DNA of 64,000 nucleotides. Origin: Vicugna vicugna (taxonomy: Eukaryota). The stretch lies in contig MU058418.1 in assembly GCA_013265495.1 (NCBI GenBank), positions 2,072,917-2,136,916 of the forward strand, read 5' to 3'. Both the position numbers and the translations under genes were made by a program. Positions 1-13,589 of the stretch are shown here, piece by piece (position 1 is the stretch's first letter; the number at the start of each line of letters is the position of its first letter). Below the pieces are notes generated by a model that saw only the letters and a program-made list of their open reading frames with translations, had not been told where the DNA came from and did no database searches.

Positions 1-192
1 GCGAAGAACAGAAATGTCTGGCAGTGGATGAGTAACGGATGCCCCCTTCAGCTATGTGTGTGTTTATATTTATATGCACGTGCACGTGTCTGTGTGTGTG
101 CGTCTGTGTGTATATATAGATCTAGCCCAGCCTGGTGCATTTAACATAGATAATAAATAAATAAATACTTGTGACTTAGTGAATGGTCTCAC

Positions 193-291
193 CTCAAAAA
201 TTTCTGAAGTTTTTCTTTACTCTCACAAATATATATACGATCACGATATTCTAAAGCATAGTTAATGCTACCAGGTACTAGGGCTTCATAT
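193..291 (-). CDS. AK9: AK9 exon (YEALVPGSINYALEYRDRIYICESKEKLQKFL)
   Basis: tttcag| acceptor, AG|GTGAGA donor, 99 nt. Confidence 0.93.
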
Positions 292-522
292 CTGAAAGAC
301 AAACAAACAAAAACAATTATGTATTGTGTAATTAGTATGCTGTACTGTGTAAATAAAATGTCAAAAATATTTTATTTTTCTATCTTTGCAGCTCAAGGAA
401 GAAACAGAACATTTTCCAGTTTAACAATAGTGATTTTTTGATCAAAATGTTAAGATTGTTATATGGACCACTTACTCCGAGTAGAGCTATCATTCTGTAC
501 TTGCACGAGGGTGAGGACTTGC

Positions 523-692
523 CTTTGTTTTCCGTCCTTATAGGTCACTGGACAGTAGCCCTGGAGCTCAGCACACTTAGGGAATCGGCTCTTCAGCTCT
601 GACAGTGTCAGCCTTTTAGGGATCATCTCGGCAGATGGGAGTGGATGAGGTGCTAATGGAGGCACATATAATTCTGGATTCTCCAAAAATTT
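523..692 (-). CDS. AK9: AK9 exon (KFLENPELYVPPLAP...GYCPVTYKDGKQ)
   Basis: tttatag| acceptor, GC donor AAG|GCAAGT, 170 nt. Confidence 0.92.
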
Positions 693-1958
693 CTATAAAA
701 AAGATTATAGCAACAAGACTGTATGAAACAGAATTACTACACCAATAAAAATCCACTGAGGCTCTCCTGCTACTGTCTCCATTTTCAGTAGCAATGTTTG
801 GTCCTTCACAACATCTGAGAGCTGCTTTCTGCATTACAGTAACTTCTTCCCTGACTGGAAGTTCCTTATAGTAATACTTGCAAGTGATTTCATCTACGGT
901 CTCTTGGACTTTCATTCACTCACTCACCTACTCACTCACTCACTTACTCATCCATTTATACAAATAATATTTGTTGAGCTCTTACAACGTGCCATGCACT
1001 GGAGTGCATAGTCACTTGCCACCTGTCTTCCTGTCCTGCAGAATAACTAATCAGGTGGGTGCCCTTTGGCAGATGAGTTAACTTCTCCAGCTTCAGTTAT
1101 CACTCTGTAAAATGAAAGGAGCAGACCAAATACACTATCTCTAATGTCACTTCCAGTTTTTAAGATTCTGTGATTATCACCTAAATAAGCAGGGAGAAAT
1201 ACATGTCTTCTTAATAAAGTGAAAAAAAAATTTTGAATTCTTCCTTAGAAACAATAATTAGTACATATATGTAAACTAAAAAATGTGCAGTATACTGTAT
1301 ATATGTATTTACATGCAATATAATGTGTATGTGCAGTCAAACTGTAATAATTCTACCTAATAAAACTGAAAAAAAAGAGAAAAATTTTGAATTCTTCAGA
1401 GGAAAATAAAATGTTCAGAGGCATCTGATTAATTTAACCACCAACATTTTTATATTATTAAATTATGATATCAGAACAAATCTTTATTCTGTTTCATTAA
1501 ACAGAAATATAAGGTATATAAGGAATTAAAATAGAAGAAAGTTTAAAGCATAAGAGACGTAAGTCAGGTCTTGTTTCATTTCTACTGATTTTGACTTCCC
1601 TTCTGCACCCTTGGAATGAAATCCCCTGGGGGCCCACCTGTGGGCTGAGCCCAGCTGCTCAGCATCCCCTCCACAGGTGGGCTCACTATTGGATCTCCTT
1701 CCCTGTCAAGCTGGCTCAGGTGGAGGGTCCATCACTAACCCTGAACTTCTGCTTTGTGCCAAAATATGTCTTGGGATGCAGTCTTAGGATTAGCTTCCGA
1801 GTTGCCTCATTGGTCCCAGAGTCAAAGGTTCCAAAAATGGGGCTCCTGGTCCCCAGTTCCTGGGTGCTCCCAGCTGTATTAACCCCTTCCCGTTTGATGA
1901 ATTCTGAGACAGACATTTCCTTTCCCTAGTAAATATCTAGAATTAGGAACAAACTTAC

Positions 1959-2155
1959 ATTCAATTTTTCATGAGAACTCATTTTATAATAGTGCCCTCT
2001 GAACTCTGCTGCAAATTCCAAGGAATCAGTTACAGAGCAATCAACTAATTCATATGATTCTGCCAGGCTGACAGGGCAGTACTGTCCAAATTCGCCCAGG
2101 CGAGAAATCAGTTCTTCAGGTGAGATACATAACTTGTCAATGCAGGCAGCTTTTC
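1959..2155 (-). CDS. AK9: AK9 exon (KAACIDKLCISPEE...YCPVSLAES...HEKLN)
   Basis: aatag| acceptor, AAT|GTAAGT donor, 197 nt. Confidence 0.95.
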
Positions 2156-2724
2156 CTATTATTAAGAGATTAACTATTATTATATATTTATTTTTCACAG
2201 AAAACACAATTAATTTTCAAAATCAAAATAATTTCAATTACGCTAGCACTATACAAATGATTACACATTGTAAAATTCCAGAGTAAGAAGTTTCTCTTCA
2301 TACCTCCAGCCTCTCAATCCAACATCCCTCCTAAGAGATAATCACTGTTGAGTTTGTATTCTTTTCTGATGTTTCTTTATACATTTACAAATACACATGT
2401 ATATATATATTTGCATATAGGATGCTTATGCCACTATACTGTAAACATTATTCTGAAACTTGCTTTTATCAGTTAGTTATGGTCCTTGACATCTTTCCAT
2501 ATCAGTTTATGTGATTTATCTAATTCTTTTGAATTGATGCATAGTATTCCATTGTATAAATGTACATATAGTTTACTTAACCATTTTTCTGTTGATAAAT
2601 GGTTTGGTTGTCCTTAATTCTTACTTACTATAAACTTTATATATGTTATAAGTAATATATAGATATACACAAACATATGTATATGTGTATGTTGGCACTC
2701 TTTCTTGCTTTATCTTGTTCCCTT

Positions 2725-3070
2725 CATAAGACAAGCTGCCATGCTGGGAAGGTCCATATGGCAAAGTGGTCTCTGACCAACAGCTGACAAGAAACTGAGA
2801 CCCTCAGTCCAACAACCCTCAGGGAATGAAGTCTTGTCAATAGCACAAGAGGAAGTGGAACAGCGGGTTCTTTTCCTGTTGGGCCCTCAGATGAGACCAT
2901 AATCCTGGCCAACACCTTGACTCTAGCCTTGTGACAGACCCTGAAGCAGAGGTCTGGTTAAGTTGTGCCTGGTTTTCCGACCCACAGAAACTGTGAGTGA
3001 ATGTGTGTGTGTGCTGTTTTTAAGATGCTAAGTTTTGAAATAATTGTTATGAAGCAATAGATAAACTAAT
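2725..3070 (+). mobile_element. MaLR (MLT1-like) LTR fragment
   Basis: gccaacaccttgactctagccttgtga...acagaaactgtgag...aattgttatgaagcaatagataa typical MLT1 3' end. Confidence 0.8.
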
Positions 3071-3722
3071 CCACTATTCCATCTGTTGTTTATTACATAG
3101 ATGAAAAGGTTAAGAAGCCCCATAGTCCTTTCCTACAAAGAATATTACACTACTGTTATACTACAGTGGTATACTGTTATTATTCCAAAATATTATAATG
3201 CACTGTACTATGGTCTAATAATACATAGTACTTTAAAACTAGTATGATATTATGCTATAATATTATACTGTATGGTACTATAGTTTTACAATCCTAGGTT
3301 GCTCTTTAACTCAGATGTGCTGACCTCAGCAATCCTGACAGGTTTGGTGACAGGGTAATTTAGAATCAAATGACATCAAGTCCTAAAAGACACTCAAATA
3401 TATCTCTTTTTCTGATTCTTGGGATATTCTTGATGCCATCTGGCAATGCCTACAGATCCTTTTCTGGAATGTGACAGAATGAGGAGGAATCTCTTTAATT
3501 TTCTAACCCTGACTCCGTCTCATTAGTTAGAGTAAAACTGGCCCTCTGATAGGGGAGGGTCATTTGAATAGCATACAAAGGAATTGTAGACTATAAAAAA
3601 AATCAAAACAAATTTCAAACCATCAGGTACAGACTGGCAGGTGGAAGGTGAAGCAGAAGAGCAAGAGGGCAACTTCAATTAGATTAAGCTATTCAAGCCA
3701 GAGGCAAGTCTATCTGGAATAA

Positions 3723-4328
3723 TGTAGTGGATACTCTGGTGCCCCATCCAGATCCCTCATCGGGGCTAGTGCCCCCATCCTCCAGCTGCTGGAAACCTCA
3801 GTGCTGATGGCTCACAGCTGCCCTGGGAGTTGCCCCTCTGTCACAGGTTATACCCCTTCCCAGAGTGACATGCTCAATGACAGGCCAATGGGAAGACATA
3901 AAGCCTGGTCTCTCCCCTCAATATGGGAAATTTTGAAGGTCCATCCTGGCTCCAGTGCTTCTCTATAGGATCGACTGAGGCATCTGTTTCCACCACACTG
4001 CAGGTTGGTCTCCCTCTGTCCAACTCTACCAGCCTTGCTTTCTCAGGTGTATCTCCTGACTAGGGCTGACAGATCAAATACAGAATGTCCAATTCAGTTT
4101 GGATTTCAAATAAACAAAGAACAGTTTTTAGTATAAATGTGTCCCATGCAATATTTGGGACCTACTTTTACTAAAAAAGTTATTTGTTATTTATCTGAAA
4201 TTTAACTTGGAATCTTGTATTTTTATTTGCTAAATCTGACAACTCTATTCCTGAGAGTACTTCCTGGTCAGGCTTCTGCACCCAGCTTTTCACCCGGAGT
4301 CTGTGTGCAGGCAACCCAGTCTAAGGCA
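3723..4328 (+). mobile_element. LTR16-like ERVL solo LTR interrupted by a hAT element
   Basis: tgtagtggatactctggtgcccc start, ggcaacccagtctaaggca end. Confidence 0.65.
4061..4247. mobile_element. MER53-like non-autonomous hAT DNA transposon
   Basis: Imperfect TIRs tagggctgacaga / tctgacaactcta; degenerate 8-bp TSD ctcctgac/ttcctgag. Confidence 0.75.
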
Positions 4329-5300
4329 GGGAGGATGAAGTAGGGTAACAGAAAGGCGAATGAGGCACAAGTTTCACTTTTGAAGTCTGCTGTGGAATGT
4401 TTTACTAGTGTGCTGTTATCTAAAACTTATTGGAGTAGGTTTCTAAAACTCAGTTATCACTCCCCTTGCACTCTCATCTTCATGCCTTGTAATCCTCAGG
4501 CGAAAACAAATACCCAATCTGCAGACAAACAGGAACCAGAGATAGTGGTTATGCCCCAATAATGAAGCAAATCAAGATTCAATGATGTCATCATTATCAG
4601 AATCCTCACTGCATTTTTCCTTGTGCGAGATTCTCTGTCACGTTGCTCCCTCATACCTCATTATATCTTCTCCGTAGTTCCAAAGTTAAAAGTCATTAAC
4701 CAGATGTCTGTGAGACCCCTACAGACAAATTCTTTCTAGAGCTATGAGATGTAGCTTTCCTTATAGCTTGTGTATTTTGGGGAAAATATTAAGAAACTTC
4801 TAGGAATATATAACCAAAAATTTTCTTTCATGAATTCCAAATATAGATTAAATGGCCATTCTATGTTCAGATTTAATTTTTATAGAATCAACATTTATAT
4901 AATACCATAATTTCATTATACAAATAGTAAAAATAACTAATTTTGGATTATTAAACAAAATTTTGCCAAGTGTCACTCCACAGACCCCTGCCTTCATATA
5001 ACTACTATTCTTGAAACTAGCTTATTCCACAGCATTCCAAACACTATAAACTCTTCTGGTGAGAGACTGTGTATTGTTTTCATGTGATAGGTTCCATGGG
5101 CTTCAATAAATGATAGCTTGAGTGAGGAAGTCATTTATTAGAACAAATATACATGCCCACAATAACTGGATAGTACCATGTATTTAAACTACTGATTAAG
5201 GTCATGGGAACAAGTGTTCAAACTGAATAAATTATGGTAACATGTCAGGCATGCACAGACTTCAAATTCATATTTTTTTCAGAGTTATGTGTTATCATAC

Positions 5301-5521
5301 CTGCTTTTATTCTTTCCAGGTATATCTGCACATGTTTATTCATCATCTGGACCTTCTTAATGACTTCATTCCATACCCACCATTTGCTGTGAAAGCCATC
5401 AATCACATACCAGTTCTGATGTTGTTCTTGATAATATTGCCTAATCTCATCAATATTTTTGCGGTACTTTGAGTTCTTGACAGCTATAATCTGTGAGCTG
5501 TTGTGCAATGGATAAGGCAAA
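5301..5521 (-). CDS. AK9: AK9 exon (LPYPLHNSSQII...YLERIKA)
   Basis: tattag| acceptor, CAG|GTATGA donor, 221 nt. Confidence 0.95.
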
Positions 5522-5629
5522 CTAATAGAGAAACAGAGAAGGAATGGAAAAAGCTATTAAAAACCTGCTTTTTTTTTCCAGGATGAGTAAAGTTCATTCT
5601 TTTATCATTGTTTTCATCACATATATTAC

Positions 5630-5776
5630 CTTGGTTCTGTTTTTTTTTCCAGGAGCAATCTTTTAAAAATCTCTTTGGAAGGTACATCCAACTCAAAGAT
5701 GACCATGGGGATGACTGACCTAGCTTCCAAGAGACTCACTTGATATTTAGTTACAGGGTATCCATCGATGACAACA
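5630..5776 (-). CDS. AK9: AK9 exon (VVIDGYPVTK...LLLEKKTEP)
   Basis: ttgttag| acceptor, AG|GTAATA donor, 147 nt; IDGYP AK motif. Confidence 0.94.
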
Positions 5777-7893
5777 CTAACAAGGAGAAATGTGAAAATA
5801 AAAATTCCAGATTTCTTTTTTCTCAGACCTGCCTTTCTGTCTTCCAGAACCAGTCTATCTTTTGGAGTAGCCCTGTACTGTTCCTTGTGTAATTTGGTTT
5901 ATCTTGTCACTTTGCCCTCTTTATCTGTGTATTTTTAACTTAGTCAGCCCAAGAGCCAAGAATAAGGTAGCATACATACAGACACAGCTCTGATTCAGAT
6001 GCTTAGCATCACAGAGGTAGATTTTGGCAGACTTTGGGAGATAATACACACAATATCTTGAACACTGTTATTTAATTGGTGCTATTATTCTGAACATGAA
6101 ACAGGTTTCAGAGGCACACAGACTTAGACCTGAAACCTGGTCTGACTCTATGAGCCTTAGTTTTTGGTAAAATAGGGGCAATGATATTAACCCTTAGAAT
6201 TGTTTTAAAGATTGTAGATCAGGTATGAACAACAATTAGTGGACTAATGAACAGTCCTTATAACAGAATGGCTGGCAGGGGAAGAATTCCCCAACCCCGA
6301 TCTTAACGTTGTAGTTTTATAGCAAACAGATGTTGTACAATTTCTGTATTGAAAGGTCAGTGGCTGTAAGACAAGGTGTCTAGTAAATTAAGATTTTAAG
6401 AAGCACATTAATATGTTTTAAAATTTAAAAAACAGGTCCTGGCACAATTAATAGTATTTTAGTAAGTAATTAAGCAAATATGGGAAAAATTGCATTCTAA
6501 GCTTGCTTTTGTAGTAAACTTCTGTGAGGAGCCTGGGTGTGCAAGGGGAGATGGGGAGTTGGTGAGAGAGCCCTACGGGATCTGGGAGAGAATTATTCTA
6601 TCAGACCTCTCAGGCCAGTGAGCAGAAATGACGGTGAATTTGTTAGACCAACAGTCTAAGGTAGTGCATGTCACTATCACACTGAGAGGAGGAATAAAGG
6701 CTGTCCACAATTCTCGGAGAAGTGGCCTCAAAGTCAGGAAACTCATTCTGAGGTGGGAGCAAGCTGGGCACGCTGGCTGATGGTTGCCAGGAAGGGCTGG
6801 TGTGGAGTATGTCACAGGATGCTCTTCCCCAGGGCTCTCCAGCCAGCTAGCTCTCCCATCCGTGGCAGAGAGGATTATAAATTAACATACCCCCAAGCCA
6901 ACTAGAGAATGTATGGGGTTGCTGTTGTTGGTTTTTAATGGAGAGTAGCTCAACTTCTTTGTCCTGTGAAAGCTCACTTGAGAGGTCCTCAGGATTAGGG
7001 AAATTCAGGATGAATGGGCAGTCACTGGACTGGTATTAAAGTGAAATAAAACCTTTGTGACTCAACTGTGGTTGCCCACACTAGGATCCCCTGTACGCAA
7101 AGCTAAACACCAGGGAGAAGGTAACTTAACTTGCATAAGTCCCAGGGCCTTCTCTTGAGAAAAACCCGACACTCTGTTCCCTCATAACTAAAATTAGGAG
7201 AACTGCCCAAGGATTTGATTAAGGACCAGTGGCAGGGAAGGGCAAGGAGGCTCTTAATATAAAACCTTGAGTAAATCAGTGGGACTCCAGGTCAGTGATC
7301 TGGGCTCAAGAGAAGGGCCTTAGGTTTTACCAGCTTTTACTACAGGGTATAACCAGTGGCTGTGCTGGGGGAGCCATGGCTGAGCAGGTGGTGTAAAATG
7401 AAGACACAGTTCAAACACGAGGCTCTCCTGTCCAAATGTGGCATTAAGAGAGGGGCGTTACTACCTGGGCAGAGAGCTGGGCCAGTGAGAGACCATCTCC
7501 ATTGAACCAGTACCACCTGGGGGACAGGGGAGGGCCACACCTTCATCACTCCATAGGCAGTGAGAGGCTCTGTTGGGCTGTGGAAGTCACATGGGCCTCC
7601 TTTATGGACTGTGTAAACCCTGAGACTTCTGGATGGCGCAGGAGTTGCTGGAGGGAGTGAAGAGGTCTGCTTGCTATTCTGGCATGTGAGTGTTAAGTCA
7701 AGTTTCAGCTTGACAGAAAATTAAACTATGTAACCATACAGGTGCCCAGAGTTTGAGAAGCAGATCACACCCTTTACAAGAGCTTTAAACCCTGCTTAAG
7801 ATGAGTGTTTAAGATTCCAGTGAGTAATTTTTTGAATGATTTAACTCCATCTTGTACCTCTCTCCTTCCCCCCATACCCCTGCCCCTGCTTAC

Positions 7894-8095
7894 CCTGCGG
7901 TATTACATGTACTTCCCATCAGAGATAATTCTAAGGCTTGAAGAGCCAGTTCATCAGGGGCTGTCCTTCCTTTATGAAGATGCCAATTTAACATAAGTGC
8001 CAGCTCTGTATCTGGTTGGTTGCTTAATACATAACGCAGAGCTTCTCCTATTGACAAATGCTTTAAGCCATATTCACTTGAAATTTTTTTGGCCA
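7894..8095 (-). CDS. AK9: AK9 exon (AKKISSEYGLKHLSIG...STCNTA)
   Basis: tttcag| acceptor, GG|GTAAGC donor, 202 nt. Confidence 0.95.
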
Positions 8096-9285
8096 CTGAA
8101 AAACATTAGAACTTTAAACTTATTTCATTTCACAAATTCATCAGTTAACCTTAGTTTCAGATTCTGGTTAATTGACATCAACAGCAATTTCAAAAATTAA
8201 AACTGCTACTATTGCTAGTAAAAACCTAGTAAATTGCTAGTAAAAAAAAAACCCATTTTACTGAATTAATACTGTTCAAAGTTTGATCATTATTAGTACT
8301 TCAGGTATGTGGCTGATGGAACTGGTTAATGAACCATCTCTGTGGGTTTTTTTTTTCATAACCACACCAACATTTAAGCTTTTTCTTCCTTATGCATGAG
8401 GTAGCAAAATTTTTGAGAGCTTTACAAGGCATCCCCTGTTTACTATTACTATTCAGTACTATGTCCAAAACAACAATTTAATGCTCCTGCGTCACTGGAT
8501 TGTACCGTTTCTCTGTGTATCCATTTATGGACTCCAGGCTGTAATCAGGATAGCAACCTTTACAGTTGGTGGCAGTTAATCCTCTAAGAAATAATTTTTA
8601 AACATTACAATGGCATATCTGACATTTTAATAGTAATTTACAGCTTATGGGGCAATATTTCTTCTGTGGCTTTATTTGCTATTTTCAACCATTTCATCAA
8701 GTGGGTAGAGTGGGTACTGAAATTCCAATTTTATAAATAAGAGAACTGAGGCTCACTAAAATGGAATGATTTGTTCTATGGCACACAGATGTTGCCATTG
8801 GTTGAAAGAGGCCCCAACCTTGGACTCTGCTTCTGCCAAGTGAGACCACAGACAATGGCTTCCTGTTACTGTTAAATGTGGGCGTGCTCTGACGTGGTCT
8901 GTAGATCCTGCCTCACAACTGTCTGGAGACACAGTGCATAGGGGACACTGAGAACTCATCTGGTCCCGTGGGGAATGCAGGATAACTGACCACAGCGAGG
9001 GCCACCTGGAAGGGGACCCCCTGCGAGAGCCGCAGAAGCCTTCATCTCAGCTTCGCTACAAATGCTGGAGTCACACCTATTTTTTTTTAAAGTTATAAAA
9101 ATAATTAAGCTTTTACAATTGGACATTTTGTTAAAAAAAATCCCCTATTTCAACAAAGAATTGAGAAATGACATTGCCCTGTCTATATTTTCATTTTTTG
9201 CTATGGTTATAAGATTATATTTTGAAAATCAAAGTTTTGGCTTTCTTTGGGAACTATTATCTTTGTGAATATTTAGAATATGACC

Positions 9286-9327
9286 TTTAAAAGACTGTCA
9301 TGTTAAGAAACATGACAGTCTTTTAAA
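9286..9327. repeat. Perfect 19-bp inverted repeat with 4-nt loop
   Basis: tttaaaagactgtcatgtt-aaga-aacatgacagtcttttaaa. Confidence 0.95.
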
Positions 9328-10239
9328 CAGGGAAAACAATCTTTTCATCTGAAGAGCTTGAACAATTTCCTTTATTATTTCTGGTGACAAATTAATCTTT
9401 GACCTCATCCCTCCTGTTCATTCTCTATGCAGTCACTCATTCAGTCCTATGGTTTTCGTTTTAAATATTCCAGTATCTGTCCTCTTCCATTCTATTCTCA
9501 TTGTGACCAACCTCTGTTCATGTTGTTATCACGTCATCTTGAAATACCACACCCACCTATTGCTGGACTATTTACCTTAAAAGAAATAACAAACCCAAAG
9601 CCACAAAGTCTCAAGTTACACAAAATTCAAACATTACAGGAATACAGTTTATCAAATGCCCTTTTCAGCAGTCATTAAGATAATGAATTTCCACTCTTTA
9701 AACTACTAATATAGTAGATTATAGTTATAAAATTTTAATATAATTTTATGCTAATAAAATCTTAATATACAATTATTTGACTATATTTATAAATAATATT
9801 AGTTTGTAATTTCTTTCCTTGTATTATCTTTGTTAGGATTTGACATCAAGGTCATGTTAATCTAAAAATGAATTTGTATTCATTATACTTTTTTGATTGT
9901 ATGGATTATATTCCTTAAGGAAAAAAACCCTGAAGATAAATTGGAAAGCTTATTTTCTTTTCCCTTGCTCTGAAAAAACTTATAAAAACACAAGAAATAT
10001 CTCTTGAGTTTTTAATTCTTTGGAAGTTTGACTTAATTTCCCTCCAAAACCATTAGCTCCCAGGCTGTTTCGGAGTGAGGCTCTGTTTTTGAAATGCCTT
10101 CTCTTCAATGGTTTTCATCTATTTCTGAGGGTTTTTTATCTCTTTTTGAGACAGTTTTGATAGTTGGTTTCCTGAAAAAAGTGGTCCTAGTTTTCAGGAG
10201 ATTATTTTACACTTTAGGGTAACAAAGGCAAACCCTTAC

Positions 10240-10453
10240 CTGTAGTTTTCCCAGATTTTGGAGGCCCCAGAATTGCAATCCTAATGGGCATAGTAGGCTT
10301 AGGTTTGGGTTGGCGGATATATTTGATTGGGTTCTTCATAAATTTTTCTTTAGTTTCCTTACTAGATAAAAAATAAATATACTGACGATGGATTACAGGA
10401 TAAAGTGGATTCTCTGAATTTTCAATTGGCTTGATTGTCTCTCCTTCACTTAG
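10240..10453 (-). CDS. AK9: AK9 exon with P-loop GPPKSGKTT
   Basis: ttgcag| acceptor, CAG|GTAAGG donor, 214 nt. Confidence 0.96.
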
Positions 10454-10808
10454 CTGCAATATATACACAATTGAATTCACAAGTGAGCTTTATTTGAAAA
10501 AGCAGTTCCCCCAAATAAATTTGAAAAAAATAAATTTGTAAAATAAGAAAATCTTTCCTATCGAATAATGAAACAAATTATAATCAAATATAAATATTAA
10601 AAAACTGTGTAAAAAGAACAAATTATTTTATAACCACATGCAATAAATGTAGTTTTTCTTAAATAGGTTTCAGTTTCTGACAGTTATAGTTCTATTTCCT
10701 TAATAACGTCTTTAGGGTATACTGAATGTTTCTGCCAAGGAGTGTAAAGTTGTTTGGATATATTCATGGGCCAATTTATCTTCACAAAGAGGTCTATTTC
10801 TAAGGTAG

Positions 10809-11190
10809 TGTTATGTATGGAAATGTGTCCTCCCTAATTTGTAGGTTGAAGTTCTAATCCTCAAAGTGACAGTATGTGGAGACAGGGCCTTTGAGGAGTA
10901 ACTAAGGTAAAATCAGGTCACAAGAGTGGGGCTCTAATCTAAGAGGACTAGTGTTCTTATAAGAAGAGAAAGAGACACTAGGAGTGCATGAGCACAGAGG
11001 AAAACCACTGAGGACTCAGTGAGAAGTAGTCATTTACAAGCCAGGAAGACAGGCCTTATCAGAACTATCTTACCTCCTGGCACCTTGACCTTGGACTTCC
11101 AGCCCCTAGAACTGTGAGAAAATACATTTCTGTTGTTTAAGCCACCTGGGCTGCGGTATTCTGGTGTGGCAGCCTGAGCAGACTAACACA
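10809..11190 (+). mobile_element. MaLR (MLT1/MST-like) solo LTR
   Basis: TG...CA ends, near 5-bp TSD ggtag/ggtgg, caccttgaccttggacttccagcccctagaactgtgag motif. Confidence 0.88.
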
Positions 11191-12299
11191 GGTGGGGCCC
11201 TGGGTTATCTTTGAGGGTATACTGGTAGGACAAATCCCACCTGCTTCTCTTTCAAGTTCTTTTACAGATGCAGTTTCACTCACGTAAACATCAAGGACAG
11301 CCACAAAAGGGAAAAACACACCTAAAAAGCAGCCTAAGGTGTTGGTACGGAATGGAGTGGGAGGAGTAGTCCCACATCTTTGCAATGGTAATGATGAGAA
11401 CTGAGTAATTAATTGATTATCTTTTTTTTTTTTTACAGCCTTAGGTAGCCAAGCATTAGCCATGCCTAGACTTGACAAAATAGGTGGGAAACAGTGTAAA
11501 GTAAAATATTGCTCCTCCTGCAGAGCTACACCAGGATAGCAGTCACAGGTCAATGGTGTTGTCAGCATCATCATTCTTGGGTTGGAATGATGTTCATGGC
11601 TAGGAATAAATGCTGGGGATAAGAAGAAACTTGGGGATAGAGTGGGAAAGTCTGCTCTATGTCTTATACTTGGTAATAAGAGAAAAGCTGAAAGTTCAAT
11701 GATTTCATTTTAGTTTCCAAATTAAGTGTGAATCCTTACAGCAGATTTAGCTGTTGGCCAAAATATCTAGCAGGCATCTTTCTCCTTTGTAGGTCAGAAT
11801 ACCCAAGGTGTCATCATATCAGAAACATCAAATTGTCGGGCACCCAGAAAGATTCCCAACACTCCTGAAAAAGGATTATTTATACACTTAAACCCTTCCT
11901 ATGACCATACACTCATTTCTCCACAAGGCATCTGTGTACAATCCTTATTATGTTTGGACACGGGTCCTTAAATAGAGTTCTGACTTTGCCTGCTTCTTTT
12001 CCTTTCTTGCCCATCTCAAAAAAGAAGGGTAGGGCGTAACTATTTTTCAGAAGCTTTCTAGGTGATCCTAATACATGCTTAACTCTATCTGATTCTCTAT
12101 GGTGGGAACTGTTACAGTGTTTCTCTATTTGAAAAGGCTTCTCTTGACATCCTTAATGGTTAAGATAAAGAAGTTAACACAAGTAAGCGGAACTGAAATT
12201 GATTGTGTCAAATCAACCAAGAAGGACGTTTCAGGTAATGTACACATGGTTCATTTTGGATCCCTTCTTCCAAAATATTTTTATCAGTGACCAATAATA

Positions 12300-12570
12300 G
12301 TAATACATGTTAATAAAAACAACATATTAATTGAGTGCTTACAAAAAACCAAGCACTTGCTTGCAACACAAATACTTTACAGCAATTAACTCATTCAATC
12401 ACTGTAACAATACTATCAGGTAGGGGCTATTCTTATTCCCATTGAGCAATTGGGAATAGCTCAGAGAGGTTAAGTAGTTTGTCCAAGGCCATTCAGCTGG
12501 TAAGCAGTGGTTTCGAACTCAGGCAGTCTGGCTCCAGAGGCCATGGTCTTCTCCACTGTGCTACATCATT
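12300..12570. mobile_element. MIR SINE
   Basis: gctcagagaggttaagtagtttgtccaaggcc...ttcgaactcaggcagtctggctccagag core. Confidence 0.8.
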
Positions 12571-13370
12571 GATGGGAATAAGAAGGTACACTGGTCAAGA
12601 GGGCAGGTCACTATTATGTTTATTGTCTTCAAAGCACTTAATACAATCTGACAAGAACCTACTTGTTCATTTACTTATTTATTGCCTATCCTCTCTCCCC
12701 AACTCAACTAGAATATAGGACCCATGATAAAAGGAACATTGTCTCTTTGCTTCACTGCTCTATTCCCAGGGACTGGAACAGTGGATGGCATGTTCTTTTT
12801 TGAATTTGTTGAAAGCCATCCCACATTTGAAGTTATTGAATTCCAATTGCATTAAATGTATTTGTCCACCCTGAATAAAAATACAGTACTTAGAAACAAG
12901 TTTGTGATGAACATTAAGGGCACATTTTGTATGGTATCTCACACTTTTCAGAGGGCTTTACACCCTTGCATTTTATCACAGTGGCCTGATAGCACTGTTC
13001 TCCCATTTTAAAGGTGAAGAAACAGAATGAGTCTAAATGACTTGCCTAGAATTAGATAGCAAATTAGTGCCAGAGCTCAGCTCTGTAGATGTCTAGTCTG
13101 AGAAATATTTCTACTATCATCTTCTGCTACAGAGTCAAAACCAAGTTGGAATTGGATTATCTCTACAGAAATAGACGAAAGAAATTAAACCCTTTGACTA
13201 ATTTTTTCCTACTTCAGAAAGGCAAAACCACCACACATATTTTTACAGCTAGTTAAGAATACTGTACAATGTTTACAATTTTTTGAAATTATCCACTGCC
13301 TTCTTTTTAAACATATTTTTAAAAAGAGAAATAAAAGAGCATGGCTTTCAGATGCATTTGCTGACACTAC

Positions 13371-13589
13371 CTTTACAGGGTCCCAGTAGCCAAATGAGCT
13401 TATATACTTGTAGGTAAAGCTAAGCATTTTCTGGGCAAGGCGTGATGATATTGGATAACATTTCTCAAAAATGCTCGCACGATTCTCCACCAGTGGTTTC
13501 AGTTTTGTATTCAACATATATTGTACAATGTGGATTTTCCGAGCTCCATTAATGAGCATTACTGGTATCAAAAACTTTTCAAATTCTTC
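13371..13589 (-). CDS. AK9: AK9 exon (EEFEKFLIPVMLINGARK...SFGYWDPVK)
   Basis: catcag| acceptor, AAG|GTAGTG donor, 219 nt. Confidence 0.95.

Noticed and set aside
6570..7700. GC-richer block with short ORFs, possibly an old LTR-element interior
   Set aside because: No diagnostic motif recognised; left unannotated
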